Shown here: positions 10,695-19,248 of the stretch, piece after piece
How the letters are laid out: the number at the start of each line of letters is the position of its first letter
Position numbering within the stretch: position 1 is the stretch's first letter
DNA from: Candidatus Sulfotelmatobacter sp.
Lineage (GTDB): Bacteria; Acidobacteriota; Polarisedimenticolia; Polarisedimenticolales; DASRJG01
Length of the DNA stretch: 37,499 nucleotides
Direction of reading: 5' to 3'
Assembly: GCA_035510175.1 (NCBI GenBank)
Contig: DATKHQ010000061.1
Location: 1 to 37,499 of the forward strand
The notes under the pieces: model-generated
Told to the model about the DNA's origin: nothing
What the model saw: the letters and a program-made list of their open reading frames with translations, nothing else
The model's database searches: none
Made by a program: the position numbers and the translations under genes

Positions 10695-11924
10695 CTATTC
10701 GTACCGGAGGGCCTCGATCGGGTCGAGCGCCGCCGCCTTCCTCGCGGGGTAGAAGCCGAAGAAGACCCCCACCAGCGCGGCGAACCCGAACGCGGTGGCG
10801 ACCGAGCTGCCGTCGATGGCGATCGGCCATCCGGCGAACTTCGCGATGGCGCGCGACGCGCCGATGCCGAGCGCGACCCCGATCGCGCCGCCGGCGACCG
10901 AGAGCGTGACCGCCTCGAGGAGGAACTGGGCGAGCACGTGCCGCGACTTGGCGCCGATCGCCATGCGGATCCCGATCTCGCGGGTCCGCTCGGTCACCGA
11001 GACGAGCATGATGTTCATGATCCCGATGCCGCCGACGATCAGCGAGATCGCGGCGACCGAGGCGAGCAGGACCGAGAGCGTCCGCGTCGTCTGGCTCGCC
11101 GTCGCCGCGATCTCCTCCTGCGAGCGCATCATGAAGTCGTCGTCCTGGCCCGGAGCAAGGCGGTGGCGCTGGCGGAGGAGCGCCCGCATCTCCTCCATCG
11201 CGGCCTGGATCGAACCGGAGGACTTCGCGGCGACCTGGATGAGGTTGAGCCGGGGCGATCCCATCAGCCGCTTCATGACGGTCGTGTACGGCACGATGAT
11301 CTGGTCGTCCTGGTCCGAGCCCATCATGTTCCCGCCCTTGCGCTCGAGGACGCCCACGACGCGGAAGGGGACGTTCTTGATGCGGATGACGCTGCCCACG
11401 GGCTCCGAATCCGGGAACAGGTTCTGCACGACCGACTGGCCGAGCACGGCGACCTTGGCGCCGGCCTTCACCTCGGCCTCGGAGAAAAACGAGCCCTTCG
11501 CGACGTTCCAGGCGCGGATGAACGGCCAGTCGACGCCGGCGCCGTAGATCTCCGTCGACCAGTTGTTCTCGCCGGCGACGACCGGCGCGCCCGTGCGCGC
11601 GCCCGGGGAGACATACGCGACGGACGGGCACTCGTCCTTGAGCGCCTTCGCGTCGTCCTCCGTGAGCGACGACTGCGCCGCGAAGATCCGCGCGCCGGAC
11701 TGCGTCACGGCGCCGGGGAAGACCATGATGAAGTTGGCCCCCAGCGAGTTGATGTTCGACTGGATCGACTCCGAAGCACCGCTGCCCACCGCGTTCATCG
11801 CGATGACGCAGCCGACCCCGATGATGATGCCGAGCATCGTGAGCGACGAGCGCATCTTGTTCCGCAGGATCGACCGGAGGCCGACCTTGACGATGTTCGC
11901 GGTGCGGAGGATGGAGCTCTTCAT
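10695..11924 (-). CDS. MacB/FtsX-type ABC transporter permease
   Basis: [43 protein letters not shown]-terminus, large periplasmic domain, C-terminal FtsX helices (TREIGIRMAIGA). The start overlaps the ATPase stop (ATGA). Confidence 0.85.
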   Translation of the reverse strand: MKSSILRTANIVKVGLRSILRNKMRSSLTMLGIIIGVGCVIAMNAVGSGASESIQSNINSLGANFIMVFPGAVTQSGARIFAAQSSLTEDDAKALKDECPSVAYVSPGARTGAPVVAGENNWSTEIYGAGVDWPFIRAWNVAKGSFFSEAEVKAGAKVAVLGQSVVQNLFPDSEPVGSVIRIKNVPFRVVGVLERKGGNMMGSDQDDQIIVPYTTVMKRLMGSPRLNLIQVAAKSSGSIQAAMEEMRALLRQRHRLAPGQDDDFMMRSQEEIAATASQTTRTLSVLLASVAAISLIVGGIGIMNIMLVSVTERTREIGIRMAIGAKSRHVLAQFLLEAVTLSVAGGAIGVALGIGASRAIAKFAGWPIAIDGSSVATAFGFAALVGVFFGFYPARKAAALDPIEALRYE

Positions 11925-12643
11925 GCGGTCGCTCCCGTGGCGGCAGTCGTCCGCACCTGGGCGATCGCCTCGTCCCGCACGACCTTGCCGTCCCGGAGCT
12001 GGACGATTCGCTTCGCATGGCGCGCGATGTCGGGCTCGTGGGTGATGAGGAGGACCGTCTTCCCCTGGTCGTTCAGCTCCTGAAAGACCCCCAGGACCTC
12101 CTCCGAGACGCGCGAGTCGAGATTGCCGGTCGGCTCGTCGGCCAGCAGGATCGGCGGGTCCGTCACCAGCGCCCTCGCGATCGCGACGCGCTGCTGTTGC
12201 CCTCCGGACAGCTGTGACGAGGTGTGCCGCTCGCGCCCGGCGAGGCCGACCCGGCGGAGCACGGTCATGGCGCGCCCCAGGCGGTGCGACGCCGTCCCGC
12301 CGTTGTCGGAGTAGAGGAGCGGCAGCTCGACGTTCTCGAGCGCCGTCGTGCGCGGGAGCAGGTTGAACGACTGGAAGACGAACCCGATCTTCGCGTTCCG
12401 CACCTCGGCCCGCGCGTTCGCGTCGAGCTTCGAGGCGTCGACGCCGTCGAGCACGTACCGCCCGGACGTCGGGCGGTCGAGGCAGCCGAGAAGGTTCATG
12501 AGAGTCGACTTGCCCGAGCCCGACGGACCCATGATCGCGACGAACTCGCCCTCGTCGATCGACAGCGTGACGCCGTCGAGCGCACGAACCTCCACCTCGC
12601 CGACGGTGTAGTACTTCGTCACGTCGTCGAGGACGATCATCAC
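11921..12643 (-). CDS. ABC transporter ATP-binding protein (MacB/LolD-type)
   Basis: [10 protein letters not shown] Walker [16 protein letters not shown] signature, [12 protein letters not shown] Walker B. Start is GTG 12643 or ATG 12640, overlapping the adaptor gene stop. Confidence 0.9.
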   Translation of the reverse strand: MMIVLDDVTKYYTVGEVEVRALDGVTLSIDEGEFVAIMGPSGSGKSTLMNLLGCLDRPTSGRYVLDGVDASKLDANARAEVRNAKIGFVFQSFNLLPRTTALENVELPLLYSDNGGTASHRLGRAMTVLRRVGLAGRERHTSSQLSGGQQQRVAIARALVTDPPILLADEPTGNLDSRVSEEVLGVFQELNDQGKTVLLITHEPDIARHAKRIVQLRDGKVVRDEAIAQVRTTAATGATA

Positions 12644-13902
12644 CGGCGTCCGCCTCCCGGTCCGCCCGCGCCCGGGAACGTCCCGGTCGAGGTGCTCTTC
12701 GCCGTCGCGTTCCCGATGGCGATGCGGTCGCCTTCCTTGAGATCACCCGACACGATCGCCGTGAAGCGCCCGTCGGAGATCCCGGTCTTCACGGCGACGC
12801 GGGAGAGATCGCCGCCGGCCTGCACGACATAGACGGCCTGCTCGGTGCGCTTGGCCTGGCCGCCGGCCGGAAGCCCCGACGCCGCGCGCGCGAACCCTCC
12901 GCCGGGTCCGCCGCCCGCGTTGCTCGGCCGGGTCGAGGCCATCGCGTCGCCGGCGGACGCTCCGCCTCCGCCGTTCGTCGCGGTTTCCATCGGGTGGAAC
13001 CGGAGCGCCGCGTTCGGGACGCGCAGGACGTCGGCCGCGCGCGCCACCTCGATCGTGACGTCCGCGGTCATCTTCGGCTTGAGGTTTCCGTCCGGATTCG
13101 GCACGTCGATCATGACCGGGTAGGTGATCACGTTCTGGTTCTGCGTCGCGTTCAGCCGGATCTGCGAGATCTTCCCCGTGAACGTCGAGTCCGGGTAGGC
13201 ATCGACCGTGAAGCGGGCGGTCTGGCCGACCGCGACGCGGCCGATGTCGGACTGGTCGACGTCGGCCTGCACCTGCATCTTCGTCAGGTCTTCCGCGATG
13301 TTGAACAGGGTCGGCGCCTGGAACGACGCGGCCACCGTCTGTCCGATGTCGTATTGCCGTGCGACCACGACACCGTCGATCGGCGAGTAGATCTTCGTGT
13401 AGGAAAGGTTCGTCTCGGCCTGCTTGAGCGCGGCCTCGGACTGCTCGACCTGCGCCTTCGCGGCGTCGTACGCCGCCTTTGCGGCATCGCGATCCGCCTC
13501 GGCATTGAGCTGCTCTTCGAAGAGCCGCTGCGCCCGCTTGTACTGGATCTCCCCGTTGGTTTCCTGAACCTTGGCCCCGGTCAGGTCGGCGCGGCGCTGC
13601 TCGACCTGCTGCAGGAACGGCGTCGGGTCGAGCTCCGCGATGAGCTGCCCCTTCTTGACCGGCGAGTTGAAGTCGACGTACAGGCGCGAGACGATCCCCG
13701 AGACCTGGCTTCCGACCTGCACGGTCGTCACCGGGGAGATCGTTCCGGTCGCGGTCACGGTCTCTGCGACGGCGCCGCGGTCCACCAGCTCCGTCCGGAA
13801 CTTGTCCTCGTGCTTGACCGACTGGCGGCGCTGGTAATAGACGGCGCCGGCGGCCGTGCACGCGAGCAGAACGACTCCTATCAACACGGATCGGGTTTTC
13901 AT
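12640..13902 (-). CDS. HlyD/MacA-family periplasmic adaptor subunit
   Basis: N-terminal anchor MKTRSVLIGVVLLACTAAG, lipoyl/barrel motifs (VSGIVSRLYVDFNSPVKKGQLIAELDP), coiled-coil hairpin, then IYSPIDGVV. Only the last 420 codons of track ORF 12640-14223 are credible. Confidence 0.85.
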   Translation of the reverse strand: MKTRSVLIGVVLLACTAAGAVYYQRRQSVKHEDKFRTELVDRGAVAETVTATGTISPVTTVQVGSQVSGIVSRLYVDFNSPVKKGQLIAELDPTPFLQQVEQRRADLTGAKVQETNGEIQYKRAQRLFEEQLNAEADRDAAKAAYDAAKAQVEQSEAALKQAETNLSYTKIYSPIDGVVVARQYDIGQTVAASFQAPTLFNIAEDLTKMQVQADVDQSDIGRVAVGQTARFTVDAYPDSTFTGKISQIRLNATQNQNVITYPVMIDVPNPDGNLKPKMTADVTIEVARAADVLRVPNAALRFHPMETATNGGGGASAGDAMASTRPSNAGGGPGGGFARAASGLPAGGQAKRTEQAVYVVQAGGDLSRVAVKTGISDGRFTAIVSGDLKEGDRIAIGNATAKSTSTGTFPGAGGPGGGRR

Positions 13903-13975
13903 GACGGAACATGTTGATGGAAGGAACGCGGATGTGCAAAACACTCTTTTCGGGGCTTCGCGATATCCTTGGGAT

Positions 13976-15112
13976 GTGAGCGGGGCGTTCGCGATCGGAT
14001 TGCTGCTCGGTGCCGTGCTCGGGGCCCTCGCGGCGGCGCTGTGGTCGTCGCGCGGACAGGCCGTTCTCCGCGAGGAGGTGGCGCACCTCCGGGCGGAGCG
14101 CGAGGCCCAGGACGACGCCGCGACGCGGCAGAGGGACCAGTTCGTCGCGGTCTCCACCGAGGTGCTCCAGAGCAGCCAGCGTTCGTTCCTCGACCTCGTC
14201 CGGCCGGTCGAGACGGCGCTCAAGGAGGTCGACGAGAAGCTCCGCGGGATCGAGAAGGAGCGCGAGGGGGCCTACCGCGAGCTGAGGTCGCAGGTCGCGG
14301 AGATGCGCCAGGCGAACGACCGATTGCGGACCGAGACGGCCGCGCTCTCGCAGGCGCTCCGCGCTCCGCACACCCGGGGCCGGTGGGGGGAGATCCACCT
14401 CAAGCGCGTCGTGGAGCTGGCCGGCCTGCAAGCGCACTGCGATTTCGTGGAGCAGACGACCGTCACGGGCGAGACGGCGACGATCCGCCCCGATCTGATC
14501 GTGAAGCTTCCCGGAGGCAAGCGGCTCGTCGTCGACGCGAAGGTCCCGCTGACGTCCTATCTCGAGGCGCAGGAAGCCACCGACGACGCGGTGCGCGACC
14601 GGAAGCTCGGCGAGCACGCGCGGCAGGTGAAGGACCACATCGCGCGCCTGTCCCTCAAGAGCTACCACGACCAGTTCGACGACGCCCCCGAGTTCGTCGT
14701 GCTCTTCATCCCCGGCGAGGCGTTCTTCTCCGCCGCCGTCCAGCGCGATCCGGAGCTTCTCGAGTTCGGGTTCTCCCGCGGCATCGTTCCCGCAAGCCCG
14801 ACGAACCTCGTCGCGCTGCTCAAGACCGTGCACTACGCGTGGCAGCAGGAGAAGGTCGCCGAGAACGCCGAGAGGATCCGCGACCTCGGCGCCGAGCTCT
14901 ACGACCGGATCGTGACGATGACGGGATACCTCAAGGACCTCGGCGGAAGCCTCGATCGCTCGGTCCGGTCGTACAACGAGGCGATCGCATCGTTCGACCG
15001 CCGCGTCCTCGTCGCCGCACGCAAGATGAAGGAGCTCGGCGCGGGGAGCTCGAAGGAGCTCCCCGACACCGACCCGGTCGAGCGCGAGCCGCGGCCCGTC
15101 GCCTCCGAGTGA
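13976..15112 (+). CDS. rmuC: DNA recombination protein RmuC
   Basis: N-terminal TM helix, long coiled coil, conserved core FVVLFIPGEAFFSAAVQRDPELLEF...ASPTNLVALLKTV. Start is uncertain: GTG 13976 chosen because ATG 13901 would overlap the divergent macA-like start. Confidence 0.75.
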   Translation: MSGAFAIGLLLGAVLGALAAALWSSRGQAVLREEVAHLRAEREAQDDAATRQRDQFVAVSTEVLQSSQRSFLDLVRPVETALKEVDEKLRGIEKEREGAYRELRSQVAEMRQANDRLRTETAALSQALRAPHTRGRWGEIHLKRVVELAGLQAHCDFVEQTTVTGETATIRPDLIVKLPGGKRLVVDAKVPLTSYLEAQEATDDAVRDRKLGEHARQVKDHIARLSLKSYHDQFDDAPEFVVLFIPGEAFFSAAVQRDPELLEFGFSRGIVPASPTNLVALLKTVHYAWQQEKVAENAERIRDLGAELYDRIVTMTGYLKDLGGSLDRSVRSYNEAIASFDRRVLVAARKMKELGAGSSKELPDTDPVEREPRPVASE

Positions 15113-15121
15113 GGCACGCGT

Positions 15122-17977
15122 TCAGCTCGACACGATCCTGAGATGACCGCGCCCGATGGAGGCGAGCAGCCTGTCGGCCGGGCTCCGCTTCGCCGGGGGC
15201 TTGCCGTCCGCGCTCACCGCTTCGAGCGCCTTCCGGAGGTCCGCCTGGGACGCCGGGACGTGCCTCCCCGCGGAATCGAACGAGTCCAGGACCAGCAGTG
15301 CGAACGGTGTCTCGCGGCCCGGAAGCGTGCCGGCCTTCGCGAGTCCGGCGAGGTACTCGATCGCCTTAGCCCTCGCCTTGGCGACCCAAGGATCGCCGGG
15401 CAGAGCCGCCGCGGCTTCCGCGAGCGCCCAGGTCGCGAGCACGTGGACGGGAACGTCGGCCGCCACGGCACCGCTGGGCTGTTGTGCCGCCAGGAGTGCG
15501 GCGAGCGCCGGCCTTCCCTCGGATGCGGTGAGATGCCCGTCGTCGGCGAGGTCCGCGAGAACCCGGAGCGCCGCTTCGCGGAGCCGCGCGCGGGCCGAGC
15601 TCGCATCCGAGGAAGGTGCGTTGCCTTCGCCGTCCACGAGCTGCGGCTCGAGCTCGAGCGTGTGTTGATAGAAGCGTCCGGCAACCGGGACATCCTTCAC
15701 CAGCTCCGAACTGAACTTGGTCGCCTGGTTCGACGCCGTGTCTCCGCCTAAGCTGGACGCGAGCATGCCGCTTGAGACAGGCTGTCCCGCCGGCGCCTTT
15801 TTCGCCTTGGGAGGCGGAGGAGGAGGTTGCGCGTAGCCCCCCCGTGCGCGACCGTATTCCACGCCGGCGCCGGCCGTGACGACGGAGACTTCCTCGATCG
15901 AGTCGGAGGCGGCCTGGCTCACGAACTTTCCCGTGAGCGGATCGACGCTGCTCACGCCGGAGACAAGTCCCTTGAAATCGCGGTCCCGGCTTCCCGACAC
16001 ACGTCGGCTCGCAGTGGTATTCGCACCTGAACCGACTCTGTCCTCGGGCTCGTCCTGACCCGGCGACGGGGCCAGGGATCTCGGACCGCCCGTCCCGAAT
16101 ACGCCATCGAAGGAAACGCCCTCGGGCATCGGCAGCGCCTGCTCCACCGTGCGCGGCCGGCCCGCCGGGTTCGCGAGGTGTGAATCGTCGACGGCGACGA
16201 ACGACGTGAACGGGCTCATCAGGCGGAACTCGAGCGCGAGTGCGGTCACCCCGGCCTCCGTCGAGGGGGCGGGCCCTTCCGGGTCGGCCAGGAGCATCTG
16301 CTCGATCCGCCCGCGCGCCCAGATCGCCCCGAGCGCTTCGTGCCGCGGTTCCTTGTCGGGAAGCACGACGGGAATCGACTGTTCCCAGTAGCGGCCGCCG
16401 AGCTTTCCGCGAACCGTCACCGTTCCGGAACTCCCGGCGAGGTAGCGGCCGACGACCGTGAGCGTCTGACCCGACCCGATGTCCGGGAGCGTTTCGGGGG
16501 AGAGGTCGGCGACGGGCAGCGCTCCCCAGTCGATCGCGAGGTCCGTCAGGTAGGGGCGCGTCACCCACGAGCGGAACGCGTCGAGCGCGTCGTCGGCGCT
16601 CTCGTCGGGGCGCACGAAGACGTAGGCGCCGTGACCGAGATCCGCCATGCGCTCGAGGAGGTAGTGGTTCACCGACGAGCCGATGCCGACCGTGTAGATG
16701 CGCGCGCTGCCGACGACCTTGCCGATAGCGCCGAGAATCTCCGGATCGTTGCCGACGTAGCCGTCGGTGAAGAACACGACGATCCGCATCCGGTTCGGAT
16801 CGGGCGGAAGCGCGAACGACGCGCGCATTGCCGCCAGCATCTCCGTCCCGCCGCCTCCCTGGCGCGCGTTCAGCCAGGCGATCGCGGACTCGATGGAGGA
16901 CGCGTCGCTCGGAAGCGGATGCGGCGAGAAGACCTCGTTGTCTCCGGAAAACCGCACGACATTGAAGGTGTCCCGCGGACCCATCTCGTGCAGCGCCCGG
17001 GCGACGAGCCGCTTCGAGGCGTCGAGGGGAATCCCGCTCATGCTCCCGGACGTGTCCACCACGAAGACGATCTCCTTCGGTGCCGCCTCGGTGGGGCCGA
17101 CCTCTCCCCTGGGTTGCACGAGGAGCGTGAAGAACCCGTCGGCTCCGTCCCGGTGCGCGAGCAGCCCGACGGCCGGCTGCTTCGCCGAGACGCTCCACCG
17201 GAGGAGGAAGTCCTTGTTCGGGATCGTGTCGTTCTCCGCGAGGCGGATGCTCGCCGTCGTGGAGTCGCGCCGTTGAACCTCGATGCGATGGCTGGAGCTT
17301 CCGATCTCGCCGATCGGCACGCCCGCGTCGAGGCTCACCGCGATCTCCACGTCGTGTCCCGACCGCGTGCCGGGCGCAAGCACGCTCGGGGTCACTCGGG
17401 CCGGGTTCTTTGCTCCGCCGCCCGGCATGTACCGCGGACCCACGACGAGCGGAAACGTCAACCGGTAGATGCCGCGCTCGTACTTCAGCGTCTCCACGGT
17501 GCGCAAGCGCACCGTGATCGGCTTGCCGGGCTCGAGGTTCGCGACGGACTGCGTGAAGATGTTCGGCCGCTCCTGCTCCAGGAGAGCCCCCTGGTATCCC
17601 GCATCGCGAGCCTGCTCGTAGACCTGCCGCGCCTCGTCGCGGCGGCGGATCTCCCCGCGGATCGTTCGCTCGCCGACCGAGAGCTCGAAGTCGTCGACGG
17701 CCGCCCGGTCGCCCAAGGGGAAGGTGTAGACCGCCTCCACCGGATCGGGGAAGGGGTTCTCGAAGACTTGCTCCACGGTCGCCCGCGCGACGAACGCGGT
17801 CACGTCGATCGAGACCTTCGTGTGCCGTAGGGGCATATCGACCGGCGTCCCGTCGCTGCCCGTGACCCGCAAGGATCCAGGGGTCTCGGAGGCCGCCGGA
17901 GACGCGGCCGCAGGGAAGCCGAGAACGAGCGAGAACAAAGTCAGGAAGGCTGCCGTACCGGTCTTGAGGGAGCTCAT
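15122..17977 (-). CDS. Exported VIT-domain / von Willebrand factor A-domain protein with a long C-terminal extension
   Basis: Signal peptide; VIT-like region (VSIDVTAFVARATVEQVFENP...YTFPL...AVDDFEL); vWA MIDAS motif VVDTSGSMSG. GGAGG lies 6 nt upstream of ATG 17977. Confidence 0.85.
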   Translation of the reverse strand: MSSLKTGTAAFLTLFSLVLGFPAAASPAASETPGSLRVTGSDGTPVDMPLRHTKVSIDVTAFVARATVEQVFENPFPDPVEAVYTFPLGDRAAVDDFELSVGERTIRGEIRRRDEARQVYEQARDAGYQGALLEQERPNIFTQSVANLEPGKPITVRLRTVETLKYERGIYRLTFPLVVGPRYMPGGGAKNPARVTPSVLAPGTRSGHDVEIAVSLDAGVPIGEIGSSSHRIEVQRRDSTTASIRLAENDTIPNKDFLLRWSVSAKQPAVGLLAHRDGADGFFTLLVQPRGEVGPTEAAPKEIVFVVDTSGSMSGIPLDASKRLVARALHEMGPRDTFNVVRFSGDNEVFSPHPLPSDASSIESAIAWLNARQGGGGTEMLAAMRASFALPPDPNRMRIVVFFTDGYVGNDPEILGAIGKVVGSARIYTVGIGSSVNHYLLERMADLGHGAYVFVRPDESADDALDAFRSWVTRPYLTDLAIDWGALPVADLSPETLPDIGSGQTLTVVGRYLAGSSGTVTVRGKLGGRYWEQSIPVVLPDKEPRHEALGAIWARGRIEQMLLADPEGPAPSTEAGVTALALEFRLMSPFTSFVAVDDSHLANPAGRPRTVEQALPMPEGVSFDGVFGTGGPRSLAPSPGQDEPEDRVGSGANTTASRRVSGSRDRDFKGLVSGVSSVDPLTGKFVSQAASDSIEEVSVVTAGAGVEYGRARGGYAQPPPPPPKAKKAPAGQPVSSGMLASSLGGDTASNQATKFSSELVKDVPVAGRFYQHTLELEPQLVDGEGNAPSSDASSARARLREAALRVLADLADDGHLTASEGRPALAALLAAQQPSGAVAADVPVHVLATWALAEAAAALPGDPWVAKARAKAIEYLAGLAKAGTLPGRETPFALLVLDSFDSAGRHVPASQADLRKALEAVSADGKPPAKRSPADRLLASIGRGHLRIVSS

Positions 17978-18163
17978 CGCGACCTCCGCGGCCCGAAAGA
18001 GGGCATCTGGCTGGATAGGACCGATCTATAGCCGGTTGGTTCCCTGTGGGACCGCGGCCTGCGTTCGAAGCGGCGGCGCCCCCGCGCTGGGGGGGATCGC
18101 ACACGTCTTGGGTGAATTCCCGCACCTCCAAAGGCCTCGACCCCATCTCCGTCGCCGGATCGA

Positions 18164-18179
18164 TGGCACACTGATTGCG
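18164..18179 (+). promoter_or_regulatory. Candidate sigma-54 (-24/-12) promoter element TGGCAC-N5-TTGC
   Basis: TGGCACactgaTTGCg matches the RpoN consensus core with correct spacing, in the 202-nt divergent intergenic region ahead of the cytochrome cluster. Caveat: it abuts the first candidate start codon of the NHL gene. Confidence 0.3.
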
Positions 18180-19136
18180 GTGAGTCCGAGAGTGCGCCTT
18201 CTCGCGAACGTCGCCGTCGGCGTAGCGCTTTGCGCGCTCGCCCAGCCGGCAGGGGCGGTGGAGGTCAAATACCTCTACCGGCTGTCGAATTTTTCCGGGG
18301 TCATCCCTTACTCCGATGTGGAGATGTGCGCGGACCCCGCCCATGACGAGATCTATGTCGGCGAAGGCGACCTGATCCGCGTGTTCAACGCCTCCGGGAT
18401 GGAGATCTACGACTTCAGCCACGACGCGATGAGCTACGGCGCGATCCTGGACATCGGCGTCATGCCGAGTGGCGACATCCTGGTCCTTTCCTACAGGCAA
18501 CCGACGGAGGCCAGGGCAGGGGGCTCGCAGGTCACGCGCTACAACTATCGGGGCGAGCCCCTGGGATCATTCGAGGTCCATGGGCTCCCGAGCGAGCTTG
18601 CCGGATTCACACCGAACCGCCTCGCGATCCGCCAGGATTCGCTCGTGTTCGCGAGCACCGCGTCCCTGCTCGTCGTGACAACCGATTTCGAGGGGACGTA
18701 CCGGCGTCACGTCGACCTTCTGGCGACGCTTCCCAAGAACGACAAGGCGAGAGAAGGCGCCGAGCTGGGCGGTTTCTACGTCGATGATCAAGGCGCCATT
18801 CTCTATACGATTCCAACGGCTTTCCGGGCTTTCCGGCTCAAGCCGGACGGCACCGCGGATTCGTGGGGGAAGCCGGGATCGGGCCCCGGAAGCTTCAGCG
18901 TCGTCGGCGCGATCCTGGCCGCGCCCAATGGATACACCTTGGTCGCCGATCGCGCGCGCGGTGCGGTCCTCGTGTTCGACCCGAGCCTGCGTTTCGTCCG
19001 CGAGTTCGGGAATCGGGGGCCAATCGTCGAGCAGCTCAACCGGCCGGGACTGATGGTCTTCGGCCGGGACGGGAAGCTGTATGTGAGTCAGCTCGGCTAC
19101 CACGGCCTCTCGGTCTTCGCGCTCACCACCCCCTGA
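18180..19136 (+). CDS. Exported NHL-repeat beta-propeller protein
   Basis: Signal-like VRLLANVAVGVALCALAQPAGA. Repeated propeller-blade motifs (GDILVLS, FYVDDQGAILY, GYTLVADRARGAVLVFD, GRDGKLYVSQLGYHGLSVF). Start is GTG 18180 or GTG 18192. Confidence 0.7.
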   Translation: MSPRVRLLANVAVGVALCALAQPAGAVEVKYLYRLSNFSGVIPYSDVEMCADPAHDEIYVGEGDLIRVFNASGMEIYDFSHDAMSYGAILDIGVMPSGDILVLSYRQPTEARAGGSQVTRYNYRGEPLGSFEVHGLPSELAGFTPNRLAIRQDSLVFASTASLLVVTTDFEGTYRRHVDLLATLPKNDKAREGAELGGFYVDDQGAILYTIPTAFRAFRLKPDGTADSWGKPGSGPGSFSVVGAILAAPNGYTLVADRARGAVLVFDPSLRFVREFGNRGPIVEQLNRPGLMVFGRDGKLYVSQLGYHGLSVFALTTP

Positions 19137-19165
19137 CGCCGCCAGTCCCGGTCGGGTCGCTCGAT

Positions 19166-19187
19166 TCCGGAGAAAAACACTCCGGAG
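19166..19187. promoter_or_regulatory. Direct repeat TCCGGAG-N8-TCCGGAG (also foldable as CCGGAG/CTCCGG hairpin) upstream of the omcS-like gene
   Basis: Read directly: tccggag at 19166-19172 and 19181-19187. Each copy contains the palindrome TCCGGA. Located 30 nt after the NHL stop and about 60 nt before ATG 19249. Confidence 0.25.
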
Positions 19188-19248
19188 TGAGTGGGCCGCG
19201 GGCATGCGTTGTGCGATAACTCACGCCCACGTCTTTCAAGGAGGACTC

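Noticed and set aside
10182-12083. 633-aa plus-strand ORF, plus the 696-aa minus ORF 12743-14833
   Set aside because: They overlap the MacAB/YHS genes and the macA/rmuC genes in wrong frames or on the wrong strand, with Arg/Asp/Gly-rich composition.
13856-13975. Longer RmuC starts (13856, or ATG 13901)
   Set aside because: They would overlap the divergent macA-like start codon (13900-13902) and leave no promoter space. The conserved N-terminal TM helix begins right after GTG 13976. The start remains uncertain.
18079-18093. CCCCC-gcgct-GGGGG hairpin in the divergent intergenic region
   Set aside because: It is a short 5-bp stem of a kind expected by chance at this GC content, with no adjacent functional signature.
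15366-18500. 1044-aa minus-strand ORF
   Set aside because: It shares the strand with the VIT-vWA gene but is out of frame. It also runs across the intergenic region into the NHL gene antisense. It is extremely Arg/Gly/Pro-rich with no domain signatures.
19191-19207. Second sigma-54-like string TGGGCC-N-CATGC upstream of the omcS-like gene
   Set aside because: The GG-to-GC spacing is off by one and the -12 element is not TTGC. It is probably chance in GC-rich DNA.
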